The notes below the pieces were generated by a model, which did not search any database, was not told the DNA's origin, and was given only the letters and a program-made list of their open reading frames with translations. 43,279 nucleotides of DNA from Lama guanicoe (taxonomy: Eukaryota): the NCBI GenBank assembly GCA_013239625.1, contig MU053216.1, positions 2,942,943-2,986,221 of the forward strand, written 5' to 3'. This document shows positions 36,799 to 43,279 of the stretch, piece by piece. How positions within the stretch are numbered: position 1 is the stretch's first letter; each line of letters starts with the position of its first letter. The translations under genes were made by a program, and so were the position numbers.

Positions 36799-37191
36799 CG
36801 TACTACTTCCCCGAGGCTGCATAAAAAAAATTGCCACAAATTGAGGGGCTTAAATCAACAGAAATGTGTTCTCTCAACAGTTCTGGAGCCTTGACGTCAA
36901 AATCCAGGTTTCCGCGGGGCTGGAGGCACCAGGGGAGAATCCTCCCAGCCTCGCCCAGCCCCCGGCGGCTGCCAACGTGCCCGGCCGCCTTGGCTTGTGG
37001 CCACCTTGCTCCCTGCGGCTCCTCTTCTGTTTCTTCTGTTTCTGGATGTAGAGTCCAATCCAGGATGAGCTTATCCCAAGATCCTTAATGACAGCCACCA
37101 GGATCCATTTTCCAAATAAGTTTACATTCACAGGTTCTAGAGGTGAGGATGTGGAGTTATCTTCCTGGGGACCACCATTCATCCAACGGCA
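36799..37191 (-). mobile_element. MLT1-type LTR nested in a MIR (MIR halves about 36715-36798 and 37192-37335)
   Basis: ggcttaaatcaacagaaatgtgttctctcaacagttctggag...atttccaaataagtttacattcacaggttct. Confidence 0.75.
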
Positions 37192-38109
37192 GTGGCATAA
37201 TCATCTTCACTCTGCAAAACTAAAGCCTGGAGACAGCAACTTGCCCATGGGCTCACAGCTCTGAAATGACGACGGAGTGACATTCAAACCCGGGTTGTCC
37301 AACTCCAGTGCCGGTGGTCTAAACTGCTACACTGTAGTGCGAGCCACCGGGCATAGGAGGTGGGATAGCCTGGAATAATAATCTGAATCAGAAATCTAAG
37401 AGGAAGTGTTTCTGCTACTATCAGGGCAGAGAACATGCCCGTTGGCCACAGCTGGCTGTGCACCGCCCCCGTTTTTTAGGGAGGAGATACTGTTTGTCAC
37501 CATCAAGATCACACAGCCGAAATGTAATTGTCATCTAAGTTAGTTATTCGACAAACTGTATACATGTGATTTCACAACATGGGGCTCTGAACTAATCTTG
37601 TTGTTTGTCTACACATGAGTCCTCCACTGAAAGATTGATTCTGAAATAGATGGATATCTCCAACTAGAATTAGTCAAGACTTTAGTCCACAGACTTGGAA
37701 AGCCAGAATGCCCCATCAGAATGGCGCTTTGACCATACAAATCCATGTCAATATGCACCCATGTCTGAATAAATCAAGCGTTATATCCATACATTTCCTG
37801 GAGCTACCACTGGCCCCCTATTAAATTGCACACTATTGAATTGCAGGATATGTGTGTGTGTTCCATCCTCCAATCAGATTGTGAGATCTTTGAAGGCCAA
37901 CTTCTATCCCCAGTAAGCAGGCCAGTGCCCTGCCTGTAAATAGGGCCAATAAACATCTTCTAAGAGACTAATTTCCTGACATATTAGCAACTACCTGTGG
38001 CGTATGCGTATCATGAAGCAGATGGATTTCAAATAAAACAAAAGGCAGGGTCCCTGCCCACCCAGAGCTTATGATGTGGTTGTCTTTTCTTCCGTCTTTC
38101 TCAAAATCC

Positions 38110-38262
38110 CTTATATTCAATGTCGTGTAATAACATACAATGGAAAAGAATCTGAAAAACAATATATATACGTATATAGCAGAAAAGTGAATCACTTTGC
38201 TGTACACCTGAAACACTGTGAATCAACAATATTGCAATCAAAAAACAAGCTATATAAAAAGA
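38110..38262 (+). mobile_element. L1 3'-end fragment
   Basis: aatggaaaagaatctgaaaaac...gaatcactttgctgtacacctgaaac plus A-rich tail. Confidence 0.75.
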
Positions 38263-39089
38263 CAAAAATCCATATTTTTTGAGGGCCATGTTTCAGAAGC
38301 TGGACTGCCCATAAACAGCTATGAAACTTCCCAGTGTTCTTATTTAATTTTATTAGGAAATTGTATAGTGTGTCTTAGAATTAAACTTGATACAATCTCT
38401 GGAGAAAAAAGTGTTATGAATTCAATTCAGTTGTTAAATAATAATGCTCAGGTTCCTGGTTCAAGCTGATTAACCTTATCAGATTAATCTGTTTTAATTT
38501 GCTTTCACTCTGTATGTGAACTTCACCTTGCAGTTCCTAAAGCGTGAGCTTCTGATCTGCTTGCTCAGAGCGCTGTCTAGCAGACCTTGGATCTCTATAT
38601 ATCTCAGTTCACTAAACCCACAAATACAAAGTGAAGGGGCCGCCTCGTACACAGCACCCCGCTCACGTCGTTCAGATGCATCGCGGCTGCTCTGACTTTC
38701 TATCTTCTGTTGCCCTTCATGTGATAGTAAAAGACAATTGAAACTACAGGAAACTTCCCTAAGGAATGGTAGCACAGGCTGCGAACACATGATCCAAATA
38801 TTGTCACTGCAAAATGCTAGTAAATAGGACTTTGGAATATTATTAATAATCAACATAGCACTTACAGGATGTGATCACACGTGGAATTCCACATCAACAT
38901 GTCAGCTTGTCATATTTTGGGGAACCCCGTTCTTTCTTGTTAAGGATGTACTAAGACAGTTTTGAAGTTCTAGCTGACCATTTCTCATGGTTAAACACAC
39001 TACCATGTGTGGCCCATTCTTCTGTCACGTACATGTGGATTTTTCTCCTATTTTTCTCATTATTCAACCACACAGACTATTCCTTTCTT

Positions 39090-39320
39090 AAATCCCTGTG
39101 TCAAGGAGACCTTTCTTGACCATCTATCTGAAGTAGCCCCAAACGCCATCACCCTGTTTTATTTTCCCATGACTTTCTTTATTTAAAACCGTCTTGATCT
39201 TTTCTCTGTTCACGTGCACTGCCTGCCATCCGCCCTACTATTACTGCTGTTCCCAGAGCACAGAACGGTGCCAGGCACTTAGGTTCTCAATAAATATTTT
39301 TTGAATGAATTAACAAATAA
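39090..39320 (+). mobile_element. L2 3' end
   Basis: gaacggtgccaggcacttaggttctcaataaatattttttgaatgaat. Confidence 0.7.
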
Positions 39321-39769
39321 TTGATCCAAACTCTTATGTATAATTAAAGCCCTGCATTAATTCAGACTAATAGTAGAAGTGATCTGCTTCTGGGCTAATA
39401 TGGGAAAGATCCAGAAGGGACAGGGAGAGCTCTAGGTGACTCTCAAATTACACTGCAAGTTTGGGTTTTAATTCTGGGAGGATTTTTCTCTGCAGGTCAA
39501 CTCATTCACTGGAAAGAAATCCTTTTAATATTTCAGAAGGTAGCAACATGAATTTTAATATTTAAAGAGAATAATTTTCTAATAACATTAGTCGTCATGT
39601 TCTACTTAATGCTACACAGATGTAAGAGGCATCACATTATGTCTTCAAATTCCTACTGAGAATATTTTATGTTTATGTTTAATCAAAATCAATTAGAGCT
39701 GAGTGGCTCATCTAGGAAGACGTCAGCCTCTGCCATCAAATAAAGGTCCTTCTCATCCTCTCCCAGCCC

Positions 39770-40420
39770 CTCCTCCCTCACGCTCCCCTTCAGACTTTAG
39801 TCCCAAGTCCAGGTTGTCACCTGTGCTTCTGAGCTACCAGCTACAGACTGGAGGTTCCCACGACCCCCTCCTTGGGTTTGATTGATTTGCTAGAGCGGCT
39901 GATAGAACTCAAAGTGTTTTATTTCCTAGACTCCCAGTTTATCATGAAAGGATACAACTGGGAACCACCAGATGGAAGAGATGCCCAGTGAGACGGAAGA
40001 GATGCCCAGCGAGATGGAAGAGACAGAAAAGGGCACCGAGCTTCCTCACTCTCCTAGTGGTCACCGTCCCGGCACCTCCACATGCTCACAGATCCGGAAG
40101 CTCTCAGAACTTGTCCTTCCAGGTTTTTATGGAGGCTTCATTCTCAGGCACAGTTGATTAAATCATTGACATTTGGAGATTGATTCAGTCTCCAGCCTCT
40201 CCCCCTCCCCACAGGTGGGGGTGAGGAGTGAGGACTAAAGTTTCCAGCCCTCTAATCACAAGGCTGGTTTCCCTGGTGATCAGCCCCCAACCTTAGGTGA
40301 CCTAGAGCCATTCCAAAGGTCACCTCATTAAAATAATAAAAAAAACACTTTTATCACTCTATCCCTTAGGACATTCTAAGGGTTTTAGGAGCTCAGTGCC
40401 AGAAATAGGGATGAAAACCA
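39770..40420. mobile_element. MER21-like ERVL LTR containing a 21-bp tandem repeat (about 2.6 units, 39970-40023)
   Basis: ggaggttcccacgaccccctccttgggtttgattgatttgctagagcggct and ggtttttatggaggcttcatt motifs. Confidence 0.65.
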
Positions 40421-40808
40421 ACTACATATATATCCACCTATGTCCTCTTGCATTTGTCTGCTTGGCTGCAATTCTTCTTACAAACAAGGTAAACTCACCA
40501 TGCACGAGGATTCTCTAGTCCTTCCCTAATTGCAATATTCCCTAAACTCTCGTTATCAGAGTTGATCTGCAGCATAAAGTGATCTTTTATTTTTGCAGCA
40601 GAGAATGACCACCCACACAGTTGACAAACCACACTCCTCTTTGTTTTTTTCCTCTCTTATGAGTTATTGGGTTTCAACAATAAACAATGAGTGTGATTCA
40701 TGCAACTATGACCCAGAGAGTCAACAAAGTATCTTGGGGGTGAGGTGATTTTTGCAAGAAAGGAACTAGCATTTACCTCAAACTTTCAATCGGATGCTAG
40801 TCTGACAC

Positions 40809-41356
40809 TGAGACAGGAGGGAAGGGGGCAGGGCACAACCACTGAAAGAATGACACAGCAGGTGAGGACACGACAAAAACTGGTTAGAACCAACCTGGCC
40901 CAAGATGGCAGAAGATGCAACTTCCAGGAGACCTTGCGCTTCACTATACTCTCATTGTAATAAATTAGCTGCTAAAAGGCACTCACACAGGCACCACGAC
41001 GGTTCTGAGGCTGGCCATAAGAGGCCAAGAGTAGGCAGCGGTCCAGTTCCTGGAAATCCCCACCCCTTCCCCAAAGCAGCTGGCATAACCCTCCCAACTG
41101 TTGGCCTGTGAAATTACCCAGCTCATAAAGACTAACGCTCCCCACACTCCAGGGCGCCGCTCGCCTTCGGAGACAGCCTGCGCTCCGTCTGTGGAGTGTG
41201 TGCGTCCCTGTATAAATCTGCCTTCCCTCTGCTGTGGCTTGCTCTTGAATTCTTTCCTGCAAGAAGCCAAGGACCCTGACTTGGTGGGGAGCATCCCAGG
41301 GACTGGCTGGGGACCTGAGACATGCCCATCCTCTCGGGCCCCATTTTCCTGCAACA
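40809..41356 (+). mobile_element. ERV solo LTR (TG...CA, about 548 bp)
   Basis: tgagacagg ... cctgcaaca; ERV1-like motifs tgtgaaattacccagctcataaa and cttgctcttgaattctttcctgcaagaagccaagg; no clean TSD seen. Confidence 0.7.
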
Positions 41357-43279
41357 GGACCACTACCTCACCTACTTCCTAATTTAATTTCAACACCAGA
41401 TTGTAGGGTAGGCATTATGATCCTCATTTATGGATAAGAAAACCTAGGAACTCTATCACAGTGTCGCGGTTGGTGAGGAATAAGTGATCCTCTGAACTCA
41501 TGTCGTTCTACCACTAAAGCTGGGGTTCTTTTCACAGAAAGACTGAATTATCTGTGGAAGAAATCTTGAGAAGATGACTACGAGTGGTCCTTGCATGATG
41601 AAGAGATACTCCATAGAAAGTAAATTACAGGATGTTACGAGGGAATGGGAGGCAGGAAAGGATAAAATCGATGTCAGGGGGCTCAGAGATTTTCACCCTT
41701 CAGAGTAATTTGCATTGTAACAAATGAAAGATGAGGAGGATCAGAGCCAAGGCAGAGCAAGGGTTGGGAGCAGAGAGAAGGGGTAAGAGTCAAGAAATGC
41801 CAATGACGGACATCAGTGCAGAGTCATTGCCTCGCAAAGTGTTCTGTGTGGAGCCACCAGCAGGCCCTGGTTAACTGGCTTTCCACCCCGAGTGCTAGAG
41901 TTTTGTCTTACCGGTTGTATCCCACTGGGATGGGGGCCCTTTCTGAACACTAGACCAAGGCTTTAGTTTTTGTTGTCTCTTAAATGCAAAAGTTCTGTAA
42001 CAGTTTTGTATAGAACAACTTAATTCACACAACGAACTATTTACTAAATGTTAAGCTTATGTTCATATGCCAATCAAAAAGTCATTGTGTTTTAATTAAC
42101 TGTTTCAATATACTGACATTGTAGTATTTGTCTTTGATAACAAACCTCCCACCAAGAGGTGAAGCAGTTTTTGGCCGGATGTATTTAAGAAAAATGTTCT
42201 GGTCTTGATCCTACCCAGTCCTCTTTTATTGCCACTGTGCACGTGCCTGTGTGCATGTGTGTGCACGATTCCACATGTGTTCTGTTCGTCTGTGTTTTAT
42301 GCTAAACAACTTCTCTCATCTCAGCTGGACATTTCGCCTTCTCTGCTCAGATGTGTTAATTACAGAATGCTATCAGTCTTTCAGTCTGCGATTATTGATG
42401 TCTTTCAACTATGGTATTTCCATAACTTTTAGCTTCTTGGTTTTGTTTCTCCACATTCTACTGCATAGATCTATGCACACGTGGGAACCTGATAAGGCAG
42501 CACATTCTTCCAAACAAGCACTTGGAGCTACTTCTTCACACATGACTATTTTAAGCAGGACTTTATATGCTGCCATGAATTTTGATAGGAAGAGAGCAAC
42601 TTCTGGATTAACGTACCCTGTGTAAATCCCTCAGTATGAGAGAGAGAGAGAAATTCGAAAGGAAGAAGCGTAGGAGGCGAGGAAGATAAAACTAACATGA
42701 TTGTTTCCTGTCTTGTATCGTTAAGTGTTTCTTATAATTACAGCAGGCTGTATTAATTCACTTGAATTTGGCATCGAATCATTGCTGCTGACTTATTTGT
42801 AGGCAACACAAGCTCATGTAAAATTAAGTTCCTTGAACATAGTTAGACCTGAGCCAACGCTGATTTTCAATTTCCTTTGAAAAAAATTTTTTATCTATTT
42901 TTAGAAACAGATTTTCATTCTATAGAAAGGAAGCAATAAAAAACTGTCTTCTGAAAACAGAAAGTTGGCTGTTTTTGATGGTTTACAGAAAAACTAAAAT
43001 ACGATTAAGGAGGAACAGGTTGCCTGACAGGCACAGGAGCAAGACTTGGTTGGGCGCCCATGTTAATACTGAGACAAACCACGTATTTACCTACACTCTG
43101 CCATTTCAAGAATATACTTTACTCGTATATAACACGATCTTGCACTGTCTCCACCTTAATTTAATTGTGAAAACTCTCTTCATTGTATTGCTAGGGAATC
43201 TTGTAAATTCATTCACTCAACAAATGACTATTCAGTAGACCCTGCGTCTGAGGCTTCGTGCGACCCTCCAGGTGATGCA

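Noticed and set aside
39970..40023. Short repeated units resembling a CRISPR-like array
   Set aside because: Head-to-tail 21-bp slippage repeat without spacers, inside an LTR in a mammalian genome.

Overview
Mammalian genomic DNA, most likely camelid: it carries five copies of a tRNA-derived SINE resembling the camelid vic-1 family, plus MIR, L2, L1, MLT1, MER21, MER47 and ERV-LTR relics. The only recognisable gene is the three-exon, intron-containing ATP6V1G3 locus (V-ATPase V1 subunit G3, the kidney-enriched isoform) on the + strand: exons at 7887-7968, 20953-21176 and 27067-27324. Each exon carries its own lesion. The start codon reads ACG instead of ATG. Exon 2 is interrupted by a 130-bp copy of downstream intron-2 sequence that brings an in-frame TGA and a new AG acceptor. 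The ancestral stop reads TAC, giving a 28-aa extension. The simplest reading is a lineage-specific unitary pseudogene, though a re-wired short isoform cannot be excluded. Both point lesions and many amino-acid changes are AT-to-GC, and ancient repeats nearby are visibly GC/CpG-shifted, which suggests GC-biased gene conversion. Two tandem duplications (963 bp and 120 bp) lie in intron 1. Repeat family names and the human reference protein are recalled from memory, not from searches. Other ORFs in the track look spurious.
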